64,000 nt of DNA, from assembly GCA_030754595.1 (NCBI GenBank), contig JASLZZ010000126.1, positions 23,135-87,134 of the forward strand. Direction: 5' to 3'. The position numbers and the translations under genes are program-made. The DNA is from Nitrospinota bacterium (lineage in GTDB: Bacteria > UBA8248). Shown one piece after another: positions 40,604 to 50,420 of this stretch (position 1 is the stretch's first letter; the number at the start of each line of letters is the position of its first letter). The notes beneath the pieces were generated by a model that searched no databases, was not told the origin of the DNA, and saw nothing but the letters and a program-made list of their open reading frames with translations.

Positions 40604-41646
40604 TGACTCGAAAGCTGATAACCCTGAAATTTATGGCGGCCCTTTTGATCGCCCCGGCCCTCCTGCTCGCCTCGCCGCCCGACACGCAGGCGGCGCGAAA
40701 GCACGTCATCAAGTTCGCCAGCCTCGCCCCCGAGGGGACCACCTGGATGCGCGTGATGCGCGGGCTCGACCGCGACATCCGCAAAGCCACGAAAAAAACC
40801 GTGCGCTTTCGCATCTACCCGGGCGGCGTCTCGGGAAACGAAAAGGACGTTGTCCGCAAGCTGCGCGTGGGCCAGCTCCACGCGGCCGGCTTCACAGGGG
40901 TGGGTCTGGGCGAGATCGTGCCGGCGACGCGCCTGTTCGAGCTTCCCTTTTTTTTCAGGAGCTACGCCGAGGTGGACGCCGTGCACCGGGAGCTCGACGG
41001 GTGGTTCGAGGAGGCTCTCCGGAAAAAGGGCTATACGCTCCTCGGTTGGTCCGAGGTGGGTTTCGCCCATTTCTTCTCGAAAAACCCGGTCACCTCGGTT
41101 GAGGATCTATCACGGCAAAAAGTGTGGATGTGGGAGGGCGATCCGCTCGCGCGGGCCTACTTCGAGGCGATGGGGGTGAGGCCGATTCCGCTCGCTGTCA
41201 CCGACGTGCTCACCTCGCTCCAGACCGGCCTCGTCAACGCCGTCTACATCAGCCCGCTCGGCGCCGTCGCCCTCCAGTGGTTCACCAAGGTGCGCCACAT
41301 CAGCCCGGTCCCGATGGCGAACGTCACGGGCGCCCTCGTGATGAAACGAAACCGCTTCGAGCGGTTGGGAGACGGATTCGGCGCGCTGCTCATCGAACGC
41401 ACCCGCGCGCGGATGCACGAACTGCGTCGTCTCACACGGGAGGAGAACGGGCGCGCCATCCGGGCGATGACCAAGCGCGGGCTCACCCTCTCGGCCCGGC
41501 CCTCTCAGGCCGCGCTCGCCGAAATGCGCCGGGTGGGCCGCGTGGCGCGCGAAAAACTCGCCGGCAAACTCATCCCCCGCGAGTTGATCGAACGTGCCGA
41601 GGGCGTCCTCGCCCGCCTGCGGGCCGGGAAACCCGCCCGAAAATGA
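40603..41646 (+). CDS. dctP: TRAP substrate-binding protein (DctP/TatP)
   Basis: KFASLAPEGTTW, YPGGV.G.E, ELPF, LQTG. Confidence 0.9.
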   Translation: MTRKLITLKFMAALLIAPALLLASPPDTQAARKHVIKFASLAPEGTTWMRVMRGLDRDIRKATKKTVRFRIYPGGVSGNEKDVVRKLRVGQLHAAGFTGVGLGEIVPATRLFELPFFFRSYAEVDAVHRELDGWFEEALRKKGYTLLGWSEVGFAHFFSKNPVTSVEDLSRQKVWMWEGDPLARAYFEAMGVRPIPLAVTDVLTSLQTGLVNAVYISPLGAVALQWFTKVRHISPVPMANVTGALVMKRNRFERLGDGFGALLIERTRARMHELRRLTREENGRAIRAMTKRGLTLSARPSQAALAEMRRVGRVAREKLAGKLIPRELIERAEGVLARLRAGKPARK

Positions 41647-42164
41647 TCGACGCCCTCGGGGAGCGCTGGGCGCCGCTCGACGCTGCGCTCGCCCGGTGGG
41701 AGCGCGGTGCGCTCATCTCACTTTTGTTCGTCATGCTCCTCGCCGGTTTCGTCCAGGTCGTCCTCCGCAACGTGTTCAACACCGGAATCCTCGGGGCCGA
41801 CCTTCTCCTGCGGCAGGGGCTTCTCTGGCTCGGCCTCCTGGGCGCGTCACTGGCCGCGGGCGGGACCGGGCGGCACATCGAGATCGACCTCCTCTCGCGG
41901 GCGCTCCCGGCGGAGCGGGCAAGACCCGCGCGGCGGCTGGCCGACGGTTTCGCGGCGGTGGTCTGTGCCCTGCTGGCGCGGGCCTCGGCGCTGTTCGTCA
42001 TCGGCGAGTTCGTGGCGGGAAGCCGGATCGCCGGTGTATTTCCGGCGTGGGTGTTTCAGCTGATCCTTCCGGCGGGGTTCGCGCTGATGGCGCTTCGCTT
42101 CCTGGCGGCGGGCGCCTTCGGCCGCCCGGCGCCGCCCGCCGGTAAAACCGGGGCGAAAAGTTGA
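41643..42164 (+). CDS. dctQ: TRAP small permease
   Basis: 4 TM helices, QVVLRN, HIEIDLL. Confidence 0.85.
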   Translation: MIDALGERWAPLDAALARWERGALISLLFVMLLAGFVQVVLRNVFNTGILGADLLLRQGLLWLGLLGASLAAGGTGRHIEIDLLSRALPAERARPARRLADGFAAVVCALLARASALFVIGEFVAGSRIAGVFPAWVFQLILPAGFALMALRFLAAGAFGRPAPPAGKTGAKS

Positions 42165-43438
42165 CCGCGCTCGGGGGGGCCGGCCTCGCGGCGCTCGCGC
42201 TCCTGGGCGCGCCGCTGTTCACGGTGATCGCGGCGATCGGCCTCTGGGGTTTCGCCTCCGAGGAGATCAGCGCGGCGGCGTTCATCATCGAGCTCTACCG
42301 GATGACGGACGCGCCCACCCTGCTGGCGATCCCCTTTTTCACCTTCGCGGGCTATCTCATGGCCGAGGCCGGGACGCCGGGGCGGCTCACCCGGCTGGCG
42401 CGGGCTGCGCTGGGCTGGATGCCGGGAGGGCTCGCGGTGGTGACGCTGGCGACCTGCGCCTTTTTCACCGCCTTCTCAGGCGCCTCGGGGGCCACCATCG
42501 TCGCGCTGGGAGGACTCCTCCTCGCGGCGCTGACCAGGGACGGCTACGAGGAGAGCTTCTCGCTCGGGCTGGTGACGACGAGCGGGGGGCTGGGCCTGCT
42601 CTTTCCGCCGAGCCTGCCGCTCATCCTCTACGGCGTCGTCGCCGGGGTGAACATCGATCATCTGTTCATCGCCGGGATTGTGCCGGGTCTTTTACTGATC
42701 GCGGTCCTCGCGGCCTACTGCATGCGCGTGGCCAGCGCCCAGGCGCCGCGAACGGCGTTTTCCCACCCGGAGTTCAGGGCGGCGCTCCGGGAGGCGGGCT
42801 GGGAGCTTCCGCTGCCCGCCATCATCCTGGGAGGCATCTACGGGGGCCTCTACACGGCGGCGGAGGCCTCAGTCGTCGCCGCCCTCTACGTCCTGATCGT
42901 CGAGGTCTGGGCCTACCACGATCTCGACCTGTGGGACGAGGTGCCCGGCATCGCGCTCGAGAGCATGATCCTCGTCGGTGTGATCCTGATCATTCTCGGC
43001 GCGTCGCTGGGTCTGACGAATTATCTCGTGGATCAGGAAGCCCCCCAGCGCATCCTCGAGGCGGTCCGCTCCCTCAGCACGAGCCGATACGCCTTCCTCC
43101 TCGGGCTCAACCTATTCCTGCTCGTCGTGGGCTGCATGATGGACATCTTCTCGGCCATCGTCGTCGTGGTCCCCCTCATCGTCCCCATCGCCAAGGAGTT
43201 CGGCGTCCACCCGGTCCACCTGGGCATCATTTTCCTGGCGAATCTCGAGATCGGCTACATCACCCCACCCGTCGGGCTCAACCTCTTCATCGCCAGCAAC
43301 CGCTTCGGCCGCCCGCTCGCCGAGGTCTGGCGGACGACGGTGCCCTTCCTCCTCCTTCGGCTCGCCGCCCTCGCGCTCATCACCTATATCTCGGCGCTCA
43401 GCCTCGCCCCACTCCGGTGGGTGACGGGCCTTCCATAA
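42161..43438 (+). CDS. dctM: TRAP large permease
   Basis: LLAIPFF, SGAS, PPS, G.HPVHLG, TPPVGLNLF. Confidence 0.93.
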   Translation: MTALGGAGLAALALLGAPLFTVIAAIGLWGFASEEISAAAFIIELYRMTDAPTLLAIPFFTFAGYLMAEAGTPGRLTRLARAALGWMPGGLAVVTLATCAFFTAFSGASGATIVALGGLLLAALTRDGYEESFSLGLVTTSGGLGLLFPPSLPLILYGVVAGVNIDHLFIAGIVPGLLLIAVLAAYCMRVASAQAPRTAFSHPEFRAALREAGWELPLPAIILGGIYGGLYTAAEASVVAALYVLIVEVWAYHDLDLWDEVPGIALESMILVGVILIILGASLGLTNYLVDQEAPQRILEAVRSLSTSRYAFLLGLNLFLLVVGCMMDIFSAIVVVVPLIVPIAKEFGVHPVHLGIIFLANLEIGYITPPVGLNLFIASNRFGRPLAEVWRTTVPFLLLRLAALALITYISALSLAPLRWVTGLP

Positions 43439-43466
43439 GGTTCGTCGGGCCTTCCATAAGGCTCGT
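43425..43466 (+). repeat. 21-bp tandem duplication across the dctM stop codon
   Basis: cgggccttccataaggttcgt / cgggccttccataaggctcgt. Confidence 0.75.
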
Positions 43467-43613
43467 CGGGGCTCCTCTGGCTCCGGTTAGGCGAACCCGG
43501 CCAAATAAACCCGGTTGTGGCCCGGTTGAGGATCGAGGAGATCGGCGATATTCTCCCGGTACTCGAAATTCACCCGGCCGGGCGCCGCCGCCCGGCGAAA
43601 ACTGGATGAAAAA

Positions 43614-44393
43614 ATGACCGACGATGCAGCCAGGCAGCGCGAAAAGGTCCAGAAGATTTACAGCGGGGAGTCGGACTACTACATCACGAGCACCCCCCAC
43701 GCCAAGAGCAGCTCGCTCTCGCGCGCGGCGGAGGTCCTCAAGCCCGAGGGCGGGGTGCACCTCGACGTCGCCACCGGGGCGGGCCACACCGCCTTTCAGA
43801 TTGCGCCGATGTGCGACTGGGTGATCCCGAGCGACCTGACGAAGAGCATGCTCGGATCCACCCGGAAAAACGGCGCCGAAAAGGGCGTCTCGAACGCCCG
43901 GCTGCTCTGCACGGACGCCGAGAGCATCGCCCTGCGCGACGCCTCGGTGGACTCGGTTTCGGTCCGCATCGCGCCGCACCATTTTTCGGACGTTCAGGGG
44001 GCCATCGGCGAGATGGGCCGGGTCCTGAAGCCCGGCGGCCGGCTCGTCTACATCGACAACATCGCCCCCGAGGAGCTGCCCGAGGCAAAGGGCTACAACG
44101 ATTTCGAGGCGCTGCGCGACCCGAGCCACAACCGGTGCGATTCGCTGCCCGTTCTCGTCGAGATGTTCGAGGAGGCGGGCCTCGAAATCCTCTACACCGA
44201 GACCATCAGAAAGCGCATGGACTTCGAGGAGTGGGTGGACCGCCCCCACCTGACGGGCGGCGACCGGGAGGGTCTCAAGCGCTTCCTCGCCGAGCCCTCC
44301 CCCGCGATTCGTCACTGGATGAACCCCCGCGAGGAGGGGGGCAAGCTCTACTTCGACGAGATCGAGGGCGTCATCCTCGCCCGGCGTGGCTGA
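43614..44393 (+). CDS. class I SAM-dependent methyltransferase
   Basis: LDVATGAGH, DAE, APHHF, RVLKPGG, RDPSH. Confidence 0.9.
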   Translation: MTDDAARQREKVQKIYSGESDYYITSTPHAKSSSLSRAAEVLKPEGGVHLDVATGAGHTAFQIAPMCDWVIPSDLTKSMLGSTRKNGAEKGVSNARLLCTDAESIALRDASVDSVSVRIAPHHFSDVQGAIGEMGRVLKPGGRLVYIDNIAPEELPEAKGYNDFEALRDPSHNRCDSLPVLVEMFEEAGLEILYTETIRKRMDFEEWVDRPHLTGGDREGLKRFLAEPSPAIRHWMNPREEGGKLYFDEIEGVILARRG

Positions 44394-45792
44394 GGCCATG
44401 CCGGGAAGCGAGGACGAGAACGCCCGCCTTCGCCGCCTCGCCGAGGCCGACCGCCGCCATCTCTGGCACCCTTTCACCCCGATGGACGAGTGGGAGGCCG
44501 AGGACCCGCCCCTCATCGTCGAGCGCGGGGAGGGGGCCTACCTCATCGACACACTGGGGAGGCGATACCTGGACGGCATCTCCTCCCTCTGGGTGAACCT
44601 CCACGGCCACCGCCGGGCTGAGATCGACGAGGCGGTCCGCCGCCAGCTCGGACGGATCGCCCACTCCACCCAGCTCGGCATGGGCCAGGATGCCGCCACC
44701 GAGCTCGCCGAAAAACTCACCGCCATCGCCCCGCCCGGCCTCTCGCGCGTTTTCTACTCGGACAGCGGGGCCACCGCCGTCGAGGTCGCCCTCAAGATTG
44801 CTTTTCAGTATCAAAAACAACGCATCCCGCCCCGGCCCGAGAAATCGAAGTTCATCGCCCTGAACCTGGCCTACCACGGCGACACGGTGGGCGCGGTCAG
44901 CGTGGGCGGCATCGATGCTTTCCACGCTATTTTCGGCCCGCTCCTTTTTGAGACGATTCGAGCCGAGTCGCCCCATTGCTACCGCTGCCCCCGGGGGGCC
45001 CAGGCCCGGGGGACCGAGACACAGCCCTGCGCCGTCTGCGCGGGCGAGGAGATCGAGCGGCTCATCCTGGAGCGGGCGGACGAGACCGCCGCCGTCATCG
45101 TCGAGCCGATGGTCCAGGGCGCGGCGGGGATCATCACGCAACGGGAGGGTTTCCTCCGCCGGGTGCGCGAGGCCTGCGCCCAGGCCGATGTCCTGCTCAT
45201 CGCCGACGAGGTGGCGACCGGCTTTGGCCGCACCGGGCGGATGTTTGCCTGTGAGCACGAAGGAGTCGCGCCCGACATCATGTGCCTCGCCAAAGGCATC
45301 ACGGCCGGATATCTGCCCCTCGCCGCCACCCTCGCGACCGAGGAGATTTTCGGCGCCTTCCGGGGAGCCCCCGAGGAGGGGCGGACCTTTTTCCACGGCC
45401 ACTCCTACACCGGGAATCCCCTCGGCTGCGCCGCGGCCCTGGCGAACCTGGGCATCTTCGAGGCCGAGGGGACCATCGCCGCTCTTGAGCCGAAAATCAG
45501 GCTGTTTTGGGAGGAGCTGGACCGCCTTCGTGCGCTGCCCGCCGTGGGCGATGTCCGGGGACTTGGCCTCATGGCCGGAATCGAACTCGTGGCCGACCGG
45601 GAGAGCAGGAGACCTTACCCGCCCGAGGCGCGGATGAGCCGTCGGGTGACCCTCGCGGCGCGGCGGCGGGGACTGGCGATCCGCCCGCTGGGCGATGTCT
45701 TGGTCCTCATGCCGCCCTATTGCGTGAACGATGAAGAGATCGCCTGGATGGTGGGGGTGGCCGGCGAGGCGATCGAAGAGGTCTGCTTATAA
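44386..45792 (+). CDS. bioA: adenosylmethionine--8-amino-7-oxononanoate aminotransferase
   Basis: LWHPFT, SSLWVNLHGH, YHGDT, DEVATGFGRTG, AKG.T.GY, FFHGHSYTGN, RPLG. Confidence 0.95.
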   Translation: MAEAMPGSEDENARLRRLAEADRRHLWHPFTPMDEWEAEDPPLIVERGEGAYLIDTLGRRYLDGISSLWVNLHGHRRAEIDEAVRRQLGRIAHSTQLGMGQDAATELAEKLTAIAPPGLSRVFYSDSGATAVEVALKIAFQYQKQRIPPRPEKSKFIALNLAYHGDTVGAVSVGGIDAFHAIFGPLLFETIRAESPHCYRCPRGAQARGTETQPCAVCAGEEIERLILERADETAAVIVEPMVQGAAGIITQREGFLRRVREACAQADVLLIADEVATGFGRTGRMFACEHEGVAPDIMCLAKGITAGYLPLAATLATEEIFGAFRGAPEEGRTFFHGHSYTGNPLGCAAALANLGIFEAEGTIAALEPKIRLFWEELDRLRALPAVGDVRGLGLMAGIELVADRESRRPYPPEARMSRRVTLAARRRGLAIRPLGDVLVLMPPYCVNDEEIAWMVGVAGEAIEEVCL

Positions 45793-45800
45793 CCGCCGGC

Positions 45801-46568
45801 TCAGCGGCTCCCCGTGGGAGCGCCGACAGGCCCGACCGGCGCGGCAGGGAAGGGAACGCCCACCGGACCCACCCGGGGAGCCCCCGCGGGCGATTGCGGC
45901 CCGGGAGCGGGAACCCCGACCGGGGCCGGGGGAACCGGCGGCGCTTCGGGCTCGGGCGGGAAGGCGGCTTCGGCGGAGGCGACAACATCCTCGCGGAACC
46001 CGAGCGCGCCGGCGATGGTGAGCGCGCCGGCGATGGTCTCGGCCTGCTGGCCCTCGATCAGGATGACGACCCGCTCGAAAACATCCCTGAAATTCTTGAG
46101 TACTGTGTTGGCAACCGCCTGGGAGGTGAGCATCTCGCTCCAGGCGCCGCCGGGGTGCGCTTCCCGTAACTTTCGTCCGAAGTCCACATAGAGGGTGGCG
46201 TCCGGGCCGGGAAAAATCGCCCGAATCTTCACCCCCGGCGGAACGGACGGTGAGGCGGAGTCCCCCTCGACGGGCCCGGCGATGAGCGCCTCGAGAGCGC
46301 GCCGAAGGGTCTCGATCGTGGCGCCGCCCTCGTCCACCTCCCTTTGGACGCGGACGAGTTTTTCGCCCTCGGGGCTCACGAAATAAAGGTCGACGGACAC
46401 CGTCGGGGCCAGGGAAGGGGCTTTTTCCGGCTCGCCGAAGGTGGCGATGCGGCTCCGCTCGACCAGATCGGCGATAAAATCCGAGAGCTTGTCCTGGTAG
46501 TAAAACGAGCCGCCCGCTCCGAGGAGGAGGAGGGCGAAAAACCACGGCCAGCGGCGAGAGCGTTTCAT
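45801..46568 (-). CDS. GerMN-domain protein with N-terminal TM and Pro-rich tail
   Basis: LYF, L..GP, YVDF, HPGG..E, V.ILIEG..ETIAG. Confidence 0.82.
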   Translation of the reverse strand: MKRSRRWPWFFALLLLGAGGSFYYQDKLSDFIADLVERSRIATFGEPEKAPSLAPTVSVDLYFVSPEGEKLVRVQREVDEGGATIETLRRALEALIAGPVEGDSASPSVPPGVKIRAIFPGPDATLYVDFGRKLREAHPGGAWSEMLTSQAVANTVLKNFRDVFERVVILIEGQQAETIAGALTIAGALGFREDVVASAEAAFPPEPEAPPVPPAPVGVPAPGPQSPAGAPRVGPVGVPFPAAPVGPVGAPTGSR

Positions 46569-46569
46569 C

Positions 46570-47508
46570 CTAGTTCCCTCCTCCAGCCGGGGTCGGGGCG
46601 CCAGCCCCGGGGGTGGCGCCACCCGCAGGGGACGGGGCGCCAGCCTCGGAAATGCCTTCCCCGCTGGGGACGCTTTTTCCGCCGGGGGGTGTGCCTTCCA
46701 CGGCCGGGGTACCGCTCTCCGGGTCCGGAGGAAGGGCCGGAAGCTTGGCGTAGTGGACGATTTCGGCCTCGATGGCCTCGATGTAGGGGTCCTCTCCGCT
46801 CATCTCCCGGAGGCGTGCCGCCTCCTCGGGCGTCGAGATCACGCCGAGATTGATGTAGGCGGCGGGCATCCGCGCGCCCTCGATGGCGCGAAGGAGCAGG
46901 GAGCGGATCGGCGGCTTGCGCCCTCCCCCGATTTTTGTGAAGCGCTCCTGAAGCCTCAGGGCGAAGCGGCGGCTGGCGGCCAGGTGGATGTTCTGGCCCC
47001 GCTGCCATCTCAGGGCGAGGGCGTCGGGGCCCTCGCCCTCCACCCGGGGAGGCCGCTGCGGGGCGGCGACCATGATCGAGGGGCCGCGCGCGTTCGGCCG
47101 CCATGAGGCGTCGGCCTGAATCGAAAGGAGGAGGGAGGCGCCGTTGTGATTTGCGATGGCGGACCGGCGGACGGCGCTGACCTCGGTGTCGGACTCCCGG
47201 GTGAAAATCACCCTGACCTGCGGCCAGCGGCCGAGGCGCCGGGCGAGCAGCTTCGCGACCCGGAGGGTGAAGTCCTTCTCCACCAGGGCGACGGGCCCCC
47301 GGCTACCGAAGTCGCGCCCGCCGTGCCCCGGATCCAGCGCCAGAATAAACGGCGCCGCGGCGGTGGGGCCGCCCGGTCCCGGCGCCCGTCCGTCCCCGGG
47401 GGTTTCGCGGACCGCGTCGCCGGCCGGCTGGGCCGGGGCGGGAGGCGGCCACATCAAAACCGCCGCCGCGAAAACACCGGCGAGGAGCACCCTCAAAGCG
47501 TTCAACAA
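46570..47508 (-). CDS. N-acetylmuramoyl-L-alanine amidase (Amidase_3)-like protein, catalytically degenerate
   Basis: LDPGHGG.D, EKD, TR..D, R..AN present; SIQAD and INLG replace SIHAD and VELG. Confidence 0.82.
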   Translation of the reverse strand: MLNALRVLLAGVFAAAVLMWPPPAPAQPAGDAVRETPGDGRAPGPGGPTAAAPFILALDPGHGGRDFGSRGPVALVEKDFTLRVAKLLARRLGRWPQVRVIFTRESDTEVSAVRRSAIANHNGASLLLSIQADASWRPNARGPSIMVAAPQRPPRVEGEGPDALALRWQRGQNIHLAASRRFALRLQERFTKIGGGRKPPIRSLLLRAIEGARMPAAYINLGVISTPEEAARLREMSGEDPYIEAIEAEIVHYAKLPALPPDPESGTPAVEGTPPGGKSVPSGEGISEAGAPSPAGGATPGAGAPTPAGGGN

Positions 47509-47667
47509 ATCACCTCCAAGGCGAATAGTCCGTCCAAGTTATCATTTCGAGTCTCCTCGGACCAAAGCCGGAAGCCGGGCAGGGTTGCGCCGAATTTCGG
47601 CTAAGGATAGGTTATAGATTCACCGCCCGAATGCGAAATGCGCCCGCCTAAGGTGGAGCCTCCCGAT

Positions 47668-48156
47668 ATGCGCCGATTAATAAGATGGACCACGCTGTTG
47701 CCCCTGGCGCTTCTCGTTTTCGCCGGCGGCTGCTCGGTACTCGACCAGGTAAACCCGTTCTCCGACACAAAAATCCATAAGCTAGAGAATTTCCGCTTCC
47801 CCGATCTTCCGGTGCCTTCGGGTCTATCGCTAGCCTCGAGCGAGTCCTTCATTTTCGAAACACCGGGGACCCGGGCGGGAACGCTCGTTTATACGGGCTT
47901 CAAGAATTACGAGACCACCGTAAACTTTTACCGCGAAAGAATGCCCAATCACGGATGGAAGCTCATCAACAGCATCGAAAAAGGCGAGGCCGCCATGACG
48001 TTCGAAAAGCCGGGCTGGTCGGCCGCCATTTTCATCCGCACCTCTTTTTTCCGGACGCGGGTGAGCATCAATCTCGGACCGAGGGGTCAATCCGTCAGGG
48101 GAGACGATATCCCCATGCGGCCGAAGGAAGAAAATATCCCGCCCAGAAGAAACTAA
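47668..48156 (+). CDS. hypothetical lipoprotein
   Basis: lipobox FAGGC; FPDLPVP, FY...M...GW. Confidence 0.75.
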   Translation: MRRLIRWTTLLPLALLVFAGGCSVLDQVNPFSDTKIHKLENFRFPDLPVPSGLSLASSESFIFETPGTRAGTLVYTGFKNYETTVNFYRERMPNHGWKLINSIEKGEAAMTFEKPGWSAAIFIRTSFFRTRVSINLGPRGQSVRGDDIPMRPKEENIPPRRN

Positions 48157-48166
48157 GCCGTCCCCG

Positions 48167-48433
48167 ATGCCCATCGTCAAAATCGTCGCCGGGCAGGCGG
48201 AGGCCGCCGTCCTCAAAAGCCGGCTCGAGGCCGAAAACATCCCGGTCCATCTCAGCTACGACTCCGCCTGCGCGATATACGGATTCTCCTCGATCCATCT
48301 CGGCGAGGTGAGCATCATCGTGCCCGAGGGCTTTGAGAGCGCGGCCAGGATTATCTGCGAAACGGAAAAGGACGCCGGCCCTGTTCCTCCGGGCGGGAGC
48401 GGCCCTCCGGGCGACGGGAGTGAGGCCGCCTAG
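48167..48433 (+). CDS. DUF2007-like small protein
   Basis: EA..LKSRLEAENIP, LGEV.I.VP....A. Confidence 0.75.
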   Translation: MPIVKIVAGQAEAAVLKSRLEAENIPVHLSYDSACAIYGFSSIHLGEVSIIVPEGFESAARIICETEKDAGPVPPGGSGPPGDGSEAA

Positions 48434-48487
48434 AGGCCCGCGGAGCGGGGCCTCATACTGCAACCCGGCCTCGCAATCCTCCGGCGC

Positions 48488-49090
48488 TTATTTCTTACGC
48501 CAGTAAATCCAGAGTCCATGGCGCTTGGCGATGCGCGCGCCCGGGTCAAGTTTCGCATTCTTCACGATCCCCTTGACGTCCTCCTCGGAGAGGCGTTTTT
48601 TCTTGAGCCGGCTGTTGAGTGCGCGGGCTTTCTTGAGGTGCAACTCGATCAACTCGTCCGGCGCCCCGGCCCCGAATCCGCCCCCGTGCGCGCCCAGGCC
48701 GCCGGGCTTGAGGACCCGGTTCATCTCGGAGAGTATCCTCTCCTGCCCCTCCCAGAAGAAAAGCCCGCCCCGGAAGATCACGAGGTCGAACGTGTCGGCG
48801 TCGAAAAGGAGGGAGTCCTTGTCGATGTTGAGAATTTCCACCCGCCGGGTGAGCTTCTCCCCGCGGACGCACTTTCGGATATAGGCCAGCGCCTCTCCGC
48901 TTTCGTCTCCGCACACGAAAGACATCTCGGGACACTTCCGGGCCAACGCGATCGAAACGCCGGGCCCGTAGGGGCCGACCTCGAGAACGCGGCCCGACGC
49001 GCTCCCGTACTCGGCCAGCACTTCGTCGGCGACGTAGGGATAGAAGGGGGCGAAATGATCGTTCATTTCCTGCTCGAGTTCAAATCCCAT
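48488..49090 (-). CDS. class I SAM-dependent methyltransferase
   Basis: LEVGPYGPG, FDLV..RG..FFW, RVLKPGG..GGGFG. Confidence 0.85.
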   Translation of the reverse strand: MGFELEQEMNDHFAPFYPYVADEVLAEYGSASGRVLEVGPYGPGVSIALARKCPEMSFVCGDESGEALAYIRKCVRGEKLTRRVEILNIDKDSLLFDADTFDLVIFRGGLFFWEGQERILSEMNRVLKPGGLGAHGGGFGAGAPDELIELHLKKARALNSRLKKKRLSEEDVKGIVKNAKLDPGARIAKRHGLWIYWRKK

Positions 49091-49199
49091 GAATCGTTCC
49101 CTGTGATTCCCGCGCCTCTTGACACAGGGCGGGCGAACGCTACCTTAGTGCGTTCCAGACCAATAAATGTTTTCTGTTCTCCACAATGAGGGGCTTTTC

Positions 49200-50267
49200 A
49201 TGTTGAATCAACCCATCGGGGTAGGCGTGGTCGGCTTGGGGAAATGGGCGGAGGTCATCGGACCGGGAATTCGGGACGCCGAGGGAATCGAAATCGCCGC
49301 CTGTTACACGAGAACTCCCGAAAACCGGGAGGATTTCGCCCGCCGCTACGGCTGCGAATCGGTGGACAGCTACGAAGCTCTGTTGGCGCACCCGGGCGTC
49401 GATGCCGTCGCGATTCTCTCGTCCACCGTCGTCCACGGCAAGCAGGCCTTCGCCGCCATCGAGGCGGGAAAGCACCTCTTCATGGAAAAACCGATCACCC
49501 CCACCATCGGGGAGGGAATCGAAATCGTCCGTAGGGTCGAGGAGGCGGGCCTCATCATGCAGATGGGATACGAGACCCGGTGCATGGCGGGCGTCCGCCA
49601 CATCAAGAGGCTCCTCGACGAAGGCCGCATGGGCCGGCCCGTATCCTTGGAGCTGAACTGGTCGCACGACCTGGGCCTTCGCCTGACGCCCAAGGACTGG
49701 AACTACCACGAAGCCAACTGCCCGGGCGGCCCCCTCATGCAGCTGGGTATCCACCACGCCTTCAACGCGATGCTCCTCCTCGGGCCCGTCGAGCGGGTCA
49801 AGGCGATCGGGGCGAGGCGGCTGATCGACGCCGAGGTGCCCGACATCACCGGGGCGATCCTCGAGCACGAATCCGGGGCGATCACCTATCTGGGCTGCTA
49901 CTACTTCTGCCCCCGGCGGTGGCATCTCAACCTGCTCGCCACCGAGGCCAGCGCGATGCTCAAGCTGCGCCTCCCCCAGGGCGATGTGCGCGATTACCTC
50001 ATCAAGCTCCTCGAGGCCGACGAGATCACCGACCTCGAATTTCACTGGAAAGACCGGGAGGAGCCCGAGATCGTTTCGCTCTCGCCGGGCAACGTAATCG
50101 TCGAGGAGATCAAGGAGTTCGCCGAGTGGGTGGGCGGCGGCCGGCCCTCGGACGCGGGCCCCCGCTCGGGGGTGGAGACGCTCGCCGTCATCCTCGCCGC
50201 CGTCGAGAGCATGAAAACGGGCGAGAGCGTCGGGATAAAGGACTTTCTCGCGGCCAACGGCGCCTGA
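49200..50267 (+). CDS. Gfo/Idh/MocA family oxidoreductase
   Basis: GLGKW, EKP, PGGPLMQLGIH. Confidence 0.9.
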   Translation: MLNQPIGVGVVGLGKWAEVIGPGIRDAEGIEIAACYTRTPENREDFARRYGCESVDSYEALLAHPGVDAVAILSSTVVHGKQAFAAIEAGKHLFMEKPITPTIGEGIEIVRRVEEAGLIMQMGYETRCMAGVRHIKRLLDEGRMGRPVSLELNWSHDLGLRLTPKDWNYHEANCPGGPLMQLGIHHAFNAMLLLGPVERVKAIGARRLIDAEVPDITGAILEHESGAITYLGCYYFCPRRWHLNLLATEASAMLKLRLPQGDVRDYLIKLLEADEITDLEFHWKDREEPEIVSLSPGNVIVEEIKEFAEWVGGGRPSDAGPRSGVETLAVILAAVESMKTGESVGIKDFLAANGA

Positions 50268-50276
50268 GGCGGCTCA

Positions 50277-50354
50277 CACCACCCGGATGGGTATCCATCC
50301 ACCCCCGGATGGAAATCCCCCCAGGATGGGAATTCACCCTCCGGTGGGGTATCC
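50277..50354. repeat. four degenerate ~18-21 bp intergenic repeats
   Basis: acccggatgggtatcc / ccccggatggaaatcc / ccaggatgggaattc / ctccggtggggtatcc. Confidence 0.55.
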
Positions 50355-50420
50355 TTCGGCCTTCGTGACGAAATCCACACGGCAAAGCCTTTTTTTCTTC
50401 TTACAAGGAGGGACGCGATC

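Noticed and set aside
50277..50354. Mini CRISPR array
   Set aside because: Repeats short, degenerate and without spacers; no cas genes
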